Source: Eledone cirrhosa
Taxonomy: Eukaryota
DNA length: 64,000 nucleotides
Reading direction: 5' to 3'
Assembly (NCBI GenBank): GCA_964016885.1
Contig: OZ024755.1
Location: 1,674,001-1,738,000, forward strand
Shown here: piece after piece, positions 10,823-24,295 of the stretch
Numbering within the stretch: the first letter of the stretch is position 1
Layout: every line of letters begins with the position of its first letter
Made by a program: the position numbers and the translations under genes
Notes under the pieces: generated by a model
Told to the model about the DNA's origin: nothing
Database searches by the model: none
What the model saw: only the letters and a program-made list of their open reading frames with translations

Positions 10823-13205
10823 AAAGTTATTTAACTATAAAACAATACTAAGGCTATTTAACTATAAAACAATACTAAGGTTATTTAACTATAAAACAAT
10901 ACTAAGGCTATTTAACTATAAAACAATACTAAGGTTATTTAACTATAAAACAATACTAAGGCTATTTAACTCTAAAACAATACTAAGGCTATTTAACTAT
11001 AAAACAATACTAAGGTTATTTAACTATAAAACAATACTAAGGCTATTTAACTATAAAACAATACTAAGGCTATTTAACTCTAAAACAATACTAAGGCTAT
11101 TTAACTCTAAAACATACTAAGGTTATTTAACTATAAAACAATACTAAGGTTATTTAACTATAAAACAATACTAAGGCTATTTAACTATAAAACAATACTA
11201 AGGCTATTTAACTATAAAACAATACTAAAGCTATTTAACTATAAAACAATACTAAGGCTATTTAACTATAAAACAATACTAAGGCTATTTAACTATAAAA
11301 CATACTAAGGTTATTTAACTATAAAACAATACTAAGGCTATTTAACTATAAAACAATACTAAGGTTATTTAACTATAAAAAAATACTAAGGTTATTTAAC
11401 TATAAAACAATACTAAGGCTATTTAACTATAAAACAATACTAAGGCTATTTAACTATAAAACAATACTAAGGTTATTTAACTATAAAACAATACTAAGGC
11501 TATTTAACTATAAAACAATACTAAGGCTATTTAACTATAAAACAATACTAAGGTTATTTAACTATAAAACAATACTAAGGCTATTTAACTATAAAACAAT
11601 ACTAAGGCTATTTAACTATAAAACAATACTAAGGCTATTTAACTATAAAACAATACTAAGGTTATTTAACTATAAAACAATACTAAGGCTATTTAACTAT
11701 AAAACAATACTAAGGCTATTTAACTATAAAACAATACTAAGGCTATTTAACTATAAAACAATACTAAGGTTATTTAACTATAAAACAATACTAAGGCTAT
11801 TTAACTATAAAACAATACTAAGGCTATTTAACTATAAAACAATACTAAGGCTATTTAACTATAAAACAATACTAAGGCTATTTAACTATAAAACAATACT
11901 AAGGTTATTTAACTATAAAACAATACTAAGGCTATTTAACTATAAAACAATACTAAGGCTATTTAACTATAAAACAATACTAAGGTTATTTAACTATAAA
12001 ACAATACTAAGGCTATTTAACTATAAAACAATACTAAGGTTATTTAACTATAAAACAATACTAAGGCTATTTAACTATAAAACAATACTAAGGTTATTTA
12101 ACTATAAAACAATACTAAGGCTATTTAACTATAAAACAATACTAAGGCTATTTAACTATAAAACAATACTAAGGCTATTTAACTATAAAACAATACTAAA
12201 GCTATTTAACTATAAAACAATACTAAGGCTATTTAACTATAAAACAATACTAAGGCTATTTAACTATAAAACAATACTAAGGCTATTTAACTATAAAACA
12301 ATACTAAGGCTATTTAACTATAAAACAATACTAAGGCTATTTAACTATAAAACAATACTAAGGTTATTTAACTATAAAACAATACTAAGGCTATTTAACT
12401 ATAAAACAATACTAAGGCTATTTAACTATAAAACAATACTAAGGCTATTTAACTATAAAACAATACTAAGGCTATTTAACTATAAAACAATACTAAGGTT
12501 ATTTAACTATAAAACAATACTAAGGCTATTTAACTATAAAACAATACTAAGGCTATTTAACTATAAAACAATACTAAGGTTATTTAACTATAAAACAATA
12601 CTAAGGCTATTTAACTATAAAACAATACTAAGGTTATTTAACTATAAAACAATACTAAGGCTATTTAACTATAAAACAATACTAAGGTTATTTAACTATA
12701 AAACAATACTAAGGCTATTTAACTATAAAACAATACTAAGGCTATTTAACTATAAAACAATACTAAAGCTATTTAACTATAAAACAATACTAAGGCTATT
12801 TAACTATAAAACATATTAAGGCTATTTAACTATAAAACAATACTAAGGCTATTTAACTATAAAACAATACTAAGGCTATTTAACTATAAAACAATACTAA
12901 GGCTATTTAACTATAAAACAATACTAAGGCTATTTAACTATAAAACATACTAAGGCTATTTAACTATAAAACAATACTAAGGCTATTTAACTATAAAACA
13001 ATACTAAGGCTATTTAACTATAAAACAATACTAAGGCTATTTAACTATAAAACAATACTAAGGCTATTTAACTATAAAACAATACTAAGGTTATTTAACT
13101 ATAAAACAATACTAAAGCTATTTAACTATAAATCAAGGCTATTTTCTATAACCAAATCTATTTACTATATAGCGACGCTATTTAACTATAAAACAAGGTT
13201 ATTTA
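10823..13205. repeat. 27-bp satellite, roughly 85 copies
   Basis: actaagg(c/t)tatttaactataaaacaat in head-to-tail array, highly homogeneous, decaying at the right edge. Confidence 0.98.
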
Positions 13206-14391
13206 ACCCTTTACCATTTATATTACTCTATATATACTATTATATTTTCATGGTAAAGGGTTTACCTCACATAATATCAAATCTATGAGATTTTGATATT
13301 AATTTTAAGAACAATACCTTAACATCAGTATGAGTGGCCAGTTTCAACAGAAAGAGGTGAGAGAATTCTGACCAGATATAGCTGGTTTAAATGCAAAAGG
13401 GTTAACTATAAGATGATGCCATATAGTTATTTATTGCTTTGTTTGTGTTTGTTTTTTCTACCTTGTTCTCTTTCCTTTTAACTAATTAATTTATTTGGCA
13501 CTTTAAAAAAATGTTTAACCATTTAAGAAAGTTTTTATATAAATTTGAATCCACAATGAAATATCAGTTTGGAATCTCAAGAATTTGGTTGACTTTGATT
13601 TATGGCAGTTTGATAATATTTTAACATAATGGTTGTTAAAAGAAGGTTGTTTGTTGTCTTAATTAATAAGCATACCTTTAGAAAATAAAACAAAGATAAC
13701 AACATCATACTATGTTGTTAGTCAGCAATATATCATTAGTTAATGTCTTTACTAATGAGATTCTATCATTAAAGTAACAGACTTTGATATCTGAACTTTC
13801 TGGTACCCCTCCTCATCCATTTGATCTCCCCTCCCCCTTGTTCTTCACTTAGCAAACACCCTAAACCAAGTGCCAACCTGCACTCATGACTCTTGCTAAA
13901 CGAAACCATGACCCATCCTCCAAATTTGGCAAACCAAACATCCTTCTCGACAGTTGAAAATGGAAATTGGATCAGCTCATACCATCCCAGATTTAAGACT
14001 AATTCTAAGGAATATATTTCCATTCCAATGGGATAGATAGAGTTAGTAAACATGTTCTTAAAATTAGTCTGTGAATTAATACAAAAATATCTTTTCATAG
14101 TCTTCATATCAAGTTACTTTGAGTAAGATACTGGTTATATTTCCCACCTGATAAGATTCACTTTCATTTTTCTTTGCAAAATATCCTGAAAATTTCTATA
14201 TATCTTCCAAGATGTACCTGATAGATTAAGGTAAGAACTTGGCTCAGGATCTTCTAAAAACAACCTTTTATCGAAATTACAATCTTAAGGCCTACCAATT
14301 ACCAATTACTATTTTCAATAGTATAAAATATTGAATCCAATTTATCTGTCATATTAAGAGTAACTGATATAAATATATTTAATGGTGGCAT

Positions 14392-15420
14392 AGATCTGGT
14401 GGTGTAAAGATGTGTTGTTGTGTAGATCTGGTGGTGTAAAGATGTGTTGTGTAGATCTGGTGGTGTAAAGATGTGTTGTTGTGTAGATCTGGTGGTGTAA
14501 AGATGTGTTGTGTAGATCTGGTGGTGTAAAGATGTGTTGTGTAGATCTGGTGGTGTAAAGATGTGTTGTTGTGTAGATTTGGTGGTGTAAAGATGTGTTG
14601 TTGTGTAGATCTGGTGGTGTAAAGATGTGTTGTTGTGTAGATCTGGGGGTGTAAAGATGTGTTGTTGTGTAGATCTGGTGGTGTAAAGATGTGTTGTTGT
14701 GTAGATTTGGTGGTGTAAAGATGTGTTGTTGTGTAGATCTGGTGGTGTAAAGATGTGTTGTTGTGTAGATCTGGTGGTGTAAAGATGTGTTGTTGTGTAG
14801 ATCTGGTGGTGTAAAGATGTGTTGTTGTGTAGATCTGGTGGTGTAAAGATGTGTTGTTGTGTAGATCTGGTGGTGTAAAGATGTGTTGTGTAGATTTGGT
14901 GGTGTAAAGATGTGTTGTGTAGATCTGGTGGTGTAAAGATGTGTTGTGTAGATCTGGTGGTGTAAAGATGTGTTGTTGTGTAGATCTGGTTGTGTAAAGA
15001 TGTGTTATTGTGTAGATTTGGTGGTGTAAAGATGTGTTGTTGTGTAGATCTGGTGGTGTAAAGATGTGTTGTTGTGTAGATCTGGTGGTGTAAAGATGTG
15101 TTGTTGTGTAGATTTGGTGGTGTAAAGATGTGTTGTGTAGATCTGGTGGTGTAAAGATGTGTTGTGTAGATCTGGTGGTGTAAAGATGTGTTGTTGTGTA
15201 GATCTGGTGGTGTAAAGATGTGTTGTTGTGTAGATCTGGTGGTGTAAAGATGTGTTGTTGTGTACATCTGGTGGTGTAAAGATGTGTTGTTGTGTAGATC
15301 TGGTGGTGTAAAGATGTGTTGTGTAGATCTGGTGGTGTAAAGATGTGTTGTGTAGATCTGGTGGTGTAAAGATGTGTTGTGTAGATCTGGTGGTGTAAAG
15401 ATGTGTTGTTGTGTAGATCT
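14392..15420. repeat. 29/32-bp minisatellite, about 33 copies
   Basis: agatctggtggtgtaaagatgtgttg(ttg)tgt; length variants differ by one TTG. Confidence 0.97.
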
Positions 15421-15431
15421 ACCACCAATAA

Positions 15432-15640
15432 CAATGGTTTCTACTTTAGACACAAGGCCAACAATTTTTAGGAAAAGGGAAAGTCGATTAAATTGACCCC
15501 AGTACATTACTGGTACTTTATTTTATTGACCCCATAAGGATGAAAGACAAAGCTAACCTCGGTGGGATTTGAACCCAGAACGTAAAGAGCCATAACTCTA
15601 TGCCGCTAATCATGTTGTCCGACGCTCTGCCGATTCTGCC
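15432..15640 (-). mobile_element. tRNA-derived SINE, family A, near full length
   Basis: Reverse complement begins ggcagaatcggcagagcgtcggac (A-box-like), then ggttcaaatccc (B box), the family core and an AT tail. Confidence 0.75.
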
Positions 15641-15742
15641 TGTAAAAGTGAGAGGCACAGCTCCCAGCCTCGTATTTCTTCAATGTTTATGGCAGAGTTT
15701 CAGTGGAAGTCAGACAACAAATTAAAAATATTTCTCTTCACT

Positions 15743-15796
<54 letters not shown>

Positions 15797-16225
15797 GACA
15801 CAGCCATATATCCACAGTTATGTTTCTCAACCTACAATGGTTCAACTAACCACTCTCACAATATCTAGTATTAGTTGTAAACATTGATAGCTTTACACAC
15901 TCCTCTTCCTTCTCCTCCTCTCCCCTTCCTTTACATCATTGATTTATTGATCTGTTCCTTTTCACTAAAGTTATTATTAATTTTACATTTACTCTGCTCA
16001 CATCACTGCCCCCACCCCCACCCCACCTGCCACCCTACCCCACCCCCGCTCTGTCATTATTCCTGCAAATCTTTGTTTTTTCTATTCTATTCTATTCCAT
16101 TATTCTCTGACTTTCATTGTTCCTCCTTTCCAGATATATTGATATTGTTGTTGTTGTTGTTAAATGTGTTACAATTGTTGAAATGTTGCTATCATGCTAT
16201 CAACTAGAGTTTTTAAATATTTCAC

Positions 16226-16565
16226 TTACCATAATTACTTGAATATAAGTCTTTCTGAAAATAGACCAACTTGAATATAAGTCTATCTGCATATAAACCG
16301 ACTTGAATATAAGTCTATCTGAATATAGGCTGACTTGAATATAAGTCTATTTGAATATAAGTTGACTTGAATTTATATTCAAGTCAACTTATATTCAAGT
16401 CAGCCTATATTCAGATAGACTTATATTCAAATACCATTGTAGGTAAATTAAGCTAACCCCACTTTATTTTGTGTCTGAGAAATGGGAAAAAATCTAAACC
16501 CTGTTTATAAATCGAAGCAGCTAATCAATATTGTTCAGATGACAAGTATAAACCAAACCCCTACT
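16226..16565. mobile_element. Rearranged pogo-like MITE with palindromic TTGAATATAAG array
   Basis: The TIR-derived motif is repeated in both orientations (16303-16345 pairs with 16388-16430), followed by MITE body similar to 2920-3030. Confidence 0.6.
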
Positions 16566-16576
16566 TTGTTTGATAA

Positions 16577-16765
16577 ATGATGATGATAGTGGTGGTGATG
16601 ATGATGATGATGATGTTGATGATAGCGGTGATGATGATGATGATGTTGATGATAGTGGTGGTGATGATGATGATGATAGTGGTGATGATGATGATAGTGG
16701 TGATGGTGATGATGTTGATAATGGTGATGGTGCTAGTGATGATGACAGTGATGATGGTGATGCTA
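16577..16765. repeat. (GAT/GGT)n trinucleotide repeat
   Basis: Direct inspection. Confidence 0.95.
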
Positions 16766-16924
16766 TGACCTATTTCTCTAGGAATCAAATTTCAATAAAG
16801 TTTTGTAGGCCCTGTTTATGGATATTATCAATAACATCTCTGAAGATCAACTCAATATTTTACAGATGCTTTTTACCATCTGCCCAGAACCAGAAGAAGC
16901 CACCCCCCTCTCTCTCACTGTATA

Positions 16925-17090
16925 TAATTGTTTCTACTATTGGCACAAGGCCAGCAATTACCCAGTACATTACTGGTACTTTATTTTATCGACCCCGTAA
17001 GGATGAAAGGCAAAGTTAACCTCGGCGGGATTTGAACTCAGATCGTAAAGGACGTAACTCTATGCATCAAAGCAAGGCGTCCGACCCTCT
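16925..17090 (-). mobile_element. tRNA-derived SINE, family A
   Basis: Near-identical to the 6925-7085 copy. Confidence 0.75.
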
Positions 17091-17260
17091 CTGTATATAA
17101 TGATGATGATGATGATATATATGGGAGTGATGAAATTGTTTTACTGGTTTATAAAAGTCAACTGTATCTAATCCCCACCCCTCCCCACTATCCTACATTC
17201 TGATTTCCTCTTCAAAATTTAAAAGTACTTTTTTGTGCTGTGAAGCAGCAGTAGTAGATA

Positions 17261-17958
17261 CCTCCACCACTACCACCACCACCACCATCTCTACCACTAC
17301 CACCACCGCTACCACCACTACCATTACAGCCACCACCACTACCATCATCACCACTACCACCTTCACTACCACCTTCACTACCACCACCACCACTACCACT
17401 ACCACCTTCACTACCATCACCACTACTACAACCAGCACCACCACCATCACCACCACCACCACCACTACCAGCACCACTACCACCAGCACCACCACTACCA
17501 CTACCACCTTCACTACCATCACCACTACTACAACCAGCACCACTACCACCAGCACCACCACCACCAGCACCACTACCACCAGCACCACCACCAGCACCAC
17601 CACCACCACTACCACCTTCACTACCATCACCACTACTACAACCAGCACCACTACCACCAGCACCACCACCACCAGCACCACTACCACCAGCACCACCACC
17701 AGCACCACCACCACCACTACCACCTTCACTACCATCACCACTACTACAACCAGCACCACTACCACCAGCACCACCACCACCAGCACCACTACCACCAGCA
17801 CCACCACCAGCACCACCACCACCACTACCACCTTCACTACCATCACCACTACTACAACCAGCACCACTACCACCAGCACCACCACCACCAGCACCACTAC
17901 CACCACCAGCACCACCACCACCAGCACCACTACCACCAGCACCACCACCACCACCGCC
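17261..17958. repeat. (ACC/ACT/AGC)n repeat with 108-bp higher-order periodicity
   Basis: Marker accaccttcactaccatcaccactactacaaccagc recurs at about 17401, 17503, 17611, 17719 and 17827. Confidence 0.92.
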
Positions 17959-18189
17959 ATTAACCCTATAAGGTCAGGTTAACTCAATAATGGAACATTC
18001 ATGCAGGAGAATTCAGAACAGTTTAGTATATTGAACCCCTGCCCTCCTTCCTCCCCACCCCACCTTCCTCCCCACCCACAGCCAGACATTGCCCTATATA
18101 ACTGTTATTACAGCCATGACAATGATGACAACAGCAGAGGGTTAGAAGGGACAGTTGCTATGAGAGAAGAGCTGATATTTTGTTATTTG

Positions 18190-18685
18190 TATATATATAA
18201 ATATGTGTGTGTGTGTGCATATATATACATATATGCGTGTGTGTGTGTGCATATATATACATATATATATGTGTATGTTTGTGTGCATATATATATACAT
18301 ATATATATGTGTGTGTGCATATATATATACATATATATGTGTGCATATATATACATATATGTGTGTGTGTGTGCATATATATACATATATATATGTGTAT
18401 ATTTGTGTGCATATATATATACATATATATATGTGTGTGTGCATATATATATACATATATATGTGTGTGTGCATATATATACATATATGTGTGTGTTTAT
18501 GTGTATATATGTATATATGTGTGTGTGTATATATATATATATATGTGTGTGTGTATGTATATATATATATATCATCATCATCATCACCGTTTTACTTCCG
18601 TTCTTCCATATATATATATATAACTTGAAAAGTCTTGCTGAATACACAAGCCAAATCTGCTTGGTGCTGTGGTTGGGATTTTACA

Positions 18686-18761
<76 letters not shown>

Positions 18762-18790
18762 TGTGTGTATATAGATAGATAGATAGATAT
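18190..18790. repeat. (AT)/(GT)/(CT) compound microsatellite
   Basis: Direct inspection. Confidence 0.95.
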
Positions 18791-19930
18791 ATGTCTGTGT
18801 TTTTATACTTAAATATTTATTTATTCTCTGTTATATTTCAGAGATACAGTGTACAGTACACAGTACACAGTGTTTTGTGTACTCAGTGTAGTGTGTACAG
18901 TACACAGTGTACTGTGTACTGTGTAGTTAAACGTTATTGAGGTTTCGTTGGTGTTGTTTTACTCAGATGACAAAAAAGATTGATTCTAATCTATAGCAAT
19001 GTGGGAGGGGGGGGGGGCAATCTTGCTTGAATTTTCATAACTGGGTTTAGTAATAGCAGGATCAGAGAGAGGGGGATGTGAATGTCTTTCCGTTTATCCA
19101 TCACTGGAACAGGATGTGAACAACAAGACTACCAATGAATGATGGAAATATTAATAAATAATAAATAAAACAAAATTGAAAATGTAAGTTGATGGTAATT
19201 CATTAGTGTTGTCACCACCACCACCATTATCATCATAACCATCACCACTATTATCATAATTATAACTATCACCACCACCATAATCATCACCAACACCACC
19301 ACCATCATTATCATGATCATAACCATCACTACTATTATCATAACCACCATCACCACCATAATCATAACCATCACCCCCACAACTGGGACTTGAACTCAAA
19401 CAATTATCCAGTGGTTAGAAAATTGGATTAGCAATCATGAGGTTGCAAGTTTCATCCCTGGATCAGGTGATGTGTTATGACCTTCAGTAAGACTATTTTA
19501 TGTTGATCTTTCTGCCAGGAGTTGTGACCAGTAGATAATATCAGCAAGGGAAAGACCAAAGGAAACATTGTTTCTTTGGTCCAATTTGATAAGGGTTCAC
19601 CTGACACAGTAAGTGAACAAGGTCCGGGACCATGTCAATCATTTTGATCAAATTATCAATCAAATTCTCCCCCACAGTGTAGTAATTCATTCTCATCTAA
19701 ACCATAACATTCACCCAGTTTTCAGGAGATATAATTTCACAACACTACAATTGTTATTGTTATTGTTTATGTTTATGTTAGATAGAGTCCTTAATCTGTA
19801 TCTGTATCTAGAAATAGTTTATATTTAGTTTCACATAACAGTCAATCACATAAAACTATAATCTATACAACTGCAATATAACCCCCAGCTATGCTGCTAC
19901 TTTCTAATTTATATATATATATATCTCATC

Positions 19931-19966
<36 letters not shown>

Positions 19967-20224
19967 CTTCTCTTATTTCATTTAGTGACAGAAGTTGCTG
20001 AGAACTATCATCTTATTTTATCATATGTATTGCTGTGCACAGATAGCTATCTTTTCTCTTTTCTCATTTGTGTAGAAAATATGTAAAGTTGTGCTGTCTT
20101 AGGCAAAATACTTAACATAAAATTCTTGCACATATAATATCAGACCCTTAACATAAAAACCTACTTGTACAACTAGCCAGTGTTTTGTTTGTGTACTTTA
20201 AGAGATCAGCAATATATATGTGTA

Positions 20225-20258
<34 letters not shown>

Positions 20259-20493
20259 CATATACACAAATCCTCTTACCTGAAGAGGAGAGATGGTAAA
20301 ATTATAGGTACTCTATAATAACCAGTGATTTAGCCAAGAGAGGGAGGAGAGCCTCAATGCTAAGATAGGGGAATCTTTTTAGCACCAGGATTGAATTACA
20401 TACAATAGCATTAGATCCCAGGGGGTCATATCTCTGCAGAGAAAATAGATAAATTTTTCACTTCCACTCAGTGGAATGTGAGAATGTTTTGTA

Positions 20494-20665
20494 AGCAAGA
20501 TGTCAGGCTCCTGTCCACCTGATAGGTCAGAAGCAAGATGTAGAGCTCCTGTCCACCTGGGAGATGAGAAGCAAGATGTAGAGCTCCTGTCCACCTGGGA
20601 GGTCAGTAAAGTGTGGGGACATAGATAAACAAGATGCAGGGTCCCTGTCCATCTGAGGGGTCAGT
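20494..20665. repeat. Degenerate ~37-39 bp tandem repeat, about 4 copies
   Basis: agcaagatgtagagctcctgtccacctgggaggtcag variants. Confidence 0.8.
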
Positions 20666-22604
20666 AGCTCAGCAAACTCCTTAACTACACAACCATATCT
20701 GTATCTAGTTAAACAATTTTCCAATAGAACACACCATATTGGCTCTCATGTCTATGGATTATTAGATAACATATTTTGAAACATTCTACATTTTAGTATG
20801 TTTCAAAAATAAAAAGATTTTGTCTTAGCAACTATTTCAAACTTCTACATCCCATCTCATGGGTTGGGAATTACAGATGTAGTGGCTTGTTGCCAAACCA
20901 GGAAATCCCATCTTATGGGTTGGGAACTACAGATGTGGAGTGGGGGTTTTAGAATAAAGGAATGTAGTCCAGAAGCAAGTTTAGGAGCTACTTTACATTC
21001 CAAGGTCAAGACTTGCCAAAGGTCAACTTTACTTTTTTTATCCCTATTAGAGGTCACTGAATTACCAGTGCTGGGCAGTGGACTGGCAGCAGCGGTGGTC
21101 ATTAGAATGAGGGACTGGGTGCCTTGCAGTATTTGTTCCAGCTCTCATTATATTCCGAGTTCAATTCTCTGCCATGTCCTATCAGCTAGCATGGAATGGG
21201 TTGCAACTACAACATATAGCACGCCCATAACTAACCAGGGATGATATGATGATAGCTTGGATGGTAGTCAGCAGGGGGTAGATAGAGAGAGAATCTGTAT
21301 AGAATTGGATGGGAGCAGATAATATGGGGGGGGGTGGATACATATATATATAGAGAGAGATAGATGGGGGGGGGGGGGGGGGAGACCATTTTTGATGGTA
21401 ATGGTGTTTATTCTGGGGCTGAAATATTTTCTGGCAGTAAAAAGGAAACTCTTTGTAATAAATAGTCTTCATGGAGTGGTGTGGTGTAGTGTGGTGTTGT
21501 GGTTTGGTGGTGTGTAGTGTGATGTGTATTATTGCTAGGAGTAAGACCTTAAGAAATTCTAAGGTTTAATATTTGTAAGTAGGTGGTGGTGGTGTGATGG
21601 GAGGGAATGGAGAGGGAGGTGGTGTGATGGGAGGGAATGGAGAGGGAGGTGGTGTGATGTCTTTATCTGTGTTTGTCAGTATTACTGATGTTAAAAGCAA
21701 AACATAGACAAGTTTGTTACTGTGTATACACTTAATCTATTTCTACTAAATTACAGAAGTATGTGTATTGAAAGGGAGGGATGTTCTATTAATATGTTTG
21801 CAGACTATTTCTTCTTCACATAATCTATTTATAGACTTAGTATATACTATCAGTGAAACATATGGTATCCATTTTATATATAAAAACACAATATTCAAGT
21901 TTACCTTATGTTCATCACCTGAACACACCTTTACCTTTACATATACATAAGCTGCTATATGACAGGCTGGGTGGGTGGGGGCTGGGGCAGGGACAGGCCT
22001 TTATTAAACAATACATTTATTAAATAGGTTATCTGGGAAGAAGAAATATATTCTCTCAATGTTTAGATCATAGCTAGAAAATAGAAAGTCTATTTATGAA
22101 GGTCACTGCAAGGTAAAAGTTAACAGTCCTATAATAAAATGTAGAAGTAAAAATACCTGAGAATTTCTTACCAAATATTCACCTTCACAACATATTCTGT
22201 ATATATTGTGTATTTATTGTGTGTGTTCTGTATATTGTGTTTTTTCTGGCTAATTTTCTAACTCTAGTTTTTTAGTTTATGACTATTCCAAGAAGTTACA
22301 AAAACTCTCCCCCATCTCTCTCACACACACATATATCATTATCGCCGTTTAACATCCATTTTTCAACACTAGCATGGGTTCGACAAGTTGTCCCATTGTC
22401 AGACAAGTCAGATCAGGTGACCATGTCTTGCTCATATAGAACTGTTTCTGGCTTGATTTCTATGGCTGGATGCCCTTTCTAAACCCCAACCACATTTACA
22501 GAGTGGAAGAGATGTCGACATGAATGGACCTGTTATTTTTATCTAAAGACATTTCTTCCAATTCCAACCCACCCGTCTCCTCAATCTATCTTATTTCTCA
22601 TTCT

Positions 22605-22641
22605 TTCTTCTGATGAAGGACTAGCGTCCGAAACGTTAAGA
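22605..22641 (+). ncRNA. Minimal type I hammerhead ribozyme motif (Penelope-type)
   Basis: TCTT-CTGATGA-A-GGAC-TAGC-GTCC-GAAAC-GTTA-AGA: intact CUGAUGA and GAAA boxes, 4-bp helix II, self-complementary AACGTT helix III, short helix I (TCTT/AAGA). Confidence 0.6.
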
Positions 22642-23621
22642 CCCTCTTCCTGCTATATCAAGCGTTAGCCTAATATATCCCTTCCATATACTGTACCGAT
22701 TGTGTTGTTATTTCTGTTTACCTTTTACATACCTATATATATAATCATCATCACCATTTAACATACATATTTTCCACACTAGCATGGGTTAAACAGGTTG
22801 TCCTATTTATGGTAAGTCGAGGTCATATCTATATATATATATTTGTCAGGGATTTTAATTTGGAGAATTTTTTAGCCTGTTTAAATAATCAGTCCAAGAA
22901 TTATAGATAATAATGTAAAAACATTAGATTGGAAAGATGTCAAAATGAACTATTATTATTATTACTATTATTATTGTCTGTTTTAAAGTAGAGAAACTCT
23001 TTTGCCAACTGAACTAAATATTTTTGTAGTCTTTTAGTTTTTTTTATGTTTTTGTTTTGAAGAGTAACTGCCCGATATTGCAGGTTTATTTCTGTTTACA
23101 GTATTTACATGTTAGCTGGGAAATCTGGAAATACATGTATACATATACAACACACCTGTATATATATATGTTGTTGTAACACACTCACCTGAGTTATCGT
23201 CATCATTCCAATAGAGTTATGTCATACGTGGTGCATCATGTTTGCACAGTGATGCACCACATCTGACTTATCTAAGGAAGTATTTCTGTGAATCTCATGT
23301 CTAACCCACACAGGAGGAGTGTCTGGCCAGAAGTTTGCTTGAAAAACAAAGAAATATTCAAAGGATGACATCATCATCATCATCATCATCATCTTTATTT
23401 TTCTGTTGACATGGGTTGGAGGAGATTATAGAAAAAAACAATGGAAAGACACAGAGTCTCATCTCCTCAGTCAACCTCAGAAAATTATTAGCAGGATCTT
23501 GTTGATTGTATGATGAAGATGTTGGATTGGCAGAATTGGTAGAGCGTGGGGTAAAGTGTCATTGTGGTATTTGTTCTGAGTTTAAATCCTGCGGAGATCA
23601 ACTTTGACTTTCATTCTTCTG

Positions 23622-23664
<43 letters not shown>

Positions 23665-24295
23665 TAAATCTAAAAAAGTTAGAGGTGGGGAGAACACAAG
23701 AGACTCTTCTGTAACTAACTGTAGGTAGGGGTTTAAGAAATAGAAGACAGAGAGAGTGACAGAAAAAGTTATCTGACAGGTAGGGGGTGGGGTGGAGGAC
23801 AAGATAACAATTCTGTAATTTTGGATCAAATAATTTATCAGTGAATTCAATTTATTTATTTATGTATATGAGGTGGGAAAGAGGTGTATATATATATCAT
23901 GTATGTGAATGTATGTATACAAATGTATGTATACAAATATATATTTATAAATGTATATATAGACAAATGTATGTATATATATATATGCATATATAAATGT
24001 ATGTATACAAATGTATATGCGTGTATATAAACATGAACTTGTGAAACTACACCTGTTTTTATAGAGTTCTACAGACAGTTGGCAACTTGTTACAAAATAA
24101 TCTGAGATGAATTGTTGTGACAATGTGTAACAGGAGAAGATGAAATAGTTGTGAGGGCAGCTTATGTTCAACCTCTTAAAATAGGGTAGTAGAGTACAAA
24201 AATGGTGATAGGAGGGGAAATTAGTGTGTAGTAACGAATATGAAAAGTAATTTTCTAGCAGCTATTTCTTCTTATTTCTGTCTTTATTCAGTGAT

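Noticed and set aside
10823-13205. CRISPR-like regular 27-bp repeat
   Set aside because: Units are contiguous with no unique spacers, no cas genes and a eukaryotic context. The same applies to 14392-15420, 35033-35266 and 55486-55757.
13769-14240. Unique-looking sequence with a 112-aa minus ORF and a plus-strand donor near 14231
   Set aside because: No recognisable motif in the frames I translated; not supportable as coding.
14299-15507. 402-aa and 351-aa His/Thr-rich ORFs
   Set aside because: Stop-free strand of the 29/32-bp minisatellite; the frame cycles with unit length and the start lies in a SINE.
17193-17982. Mucin-like poly-Thr ORF and antisense poly-Val ORF
   Set aside because: Pure trinucleotide repeat with no signal peptide, flanking domain or convincing splice context.
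19519-19608. Plus-strand exon-like segment (ctgccag|...|gtaagt)
   Set aside because: Stops in all three frames and no partner exon identified.
20275-20300. Recursive splice site-like YnCAG|GTAAGA on the minus strand
   Set aside because: More simply explained as the donor of the 20433-20280 candidate exon.
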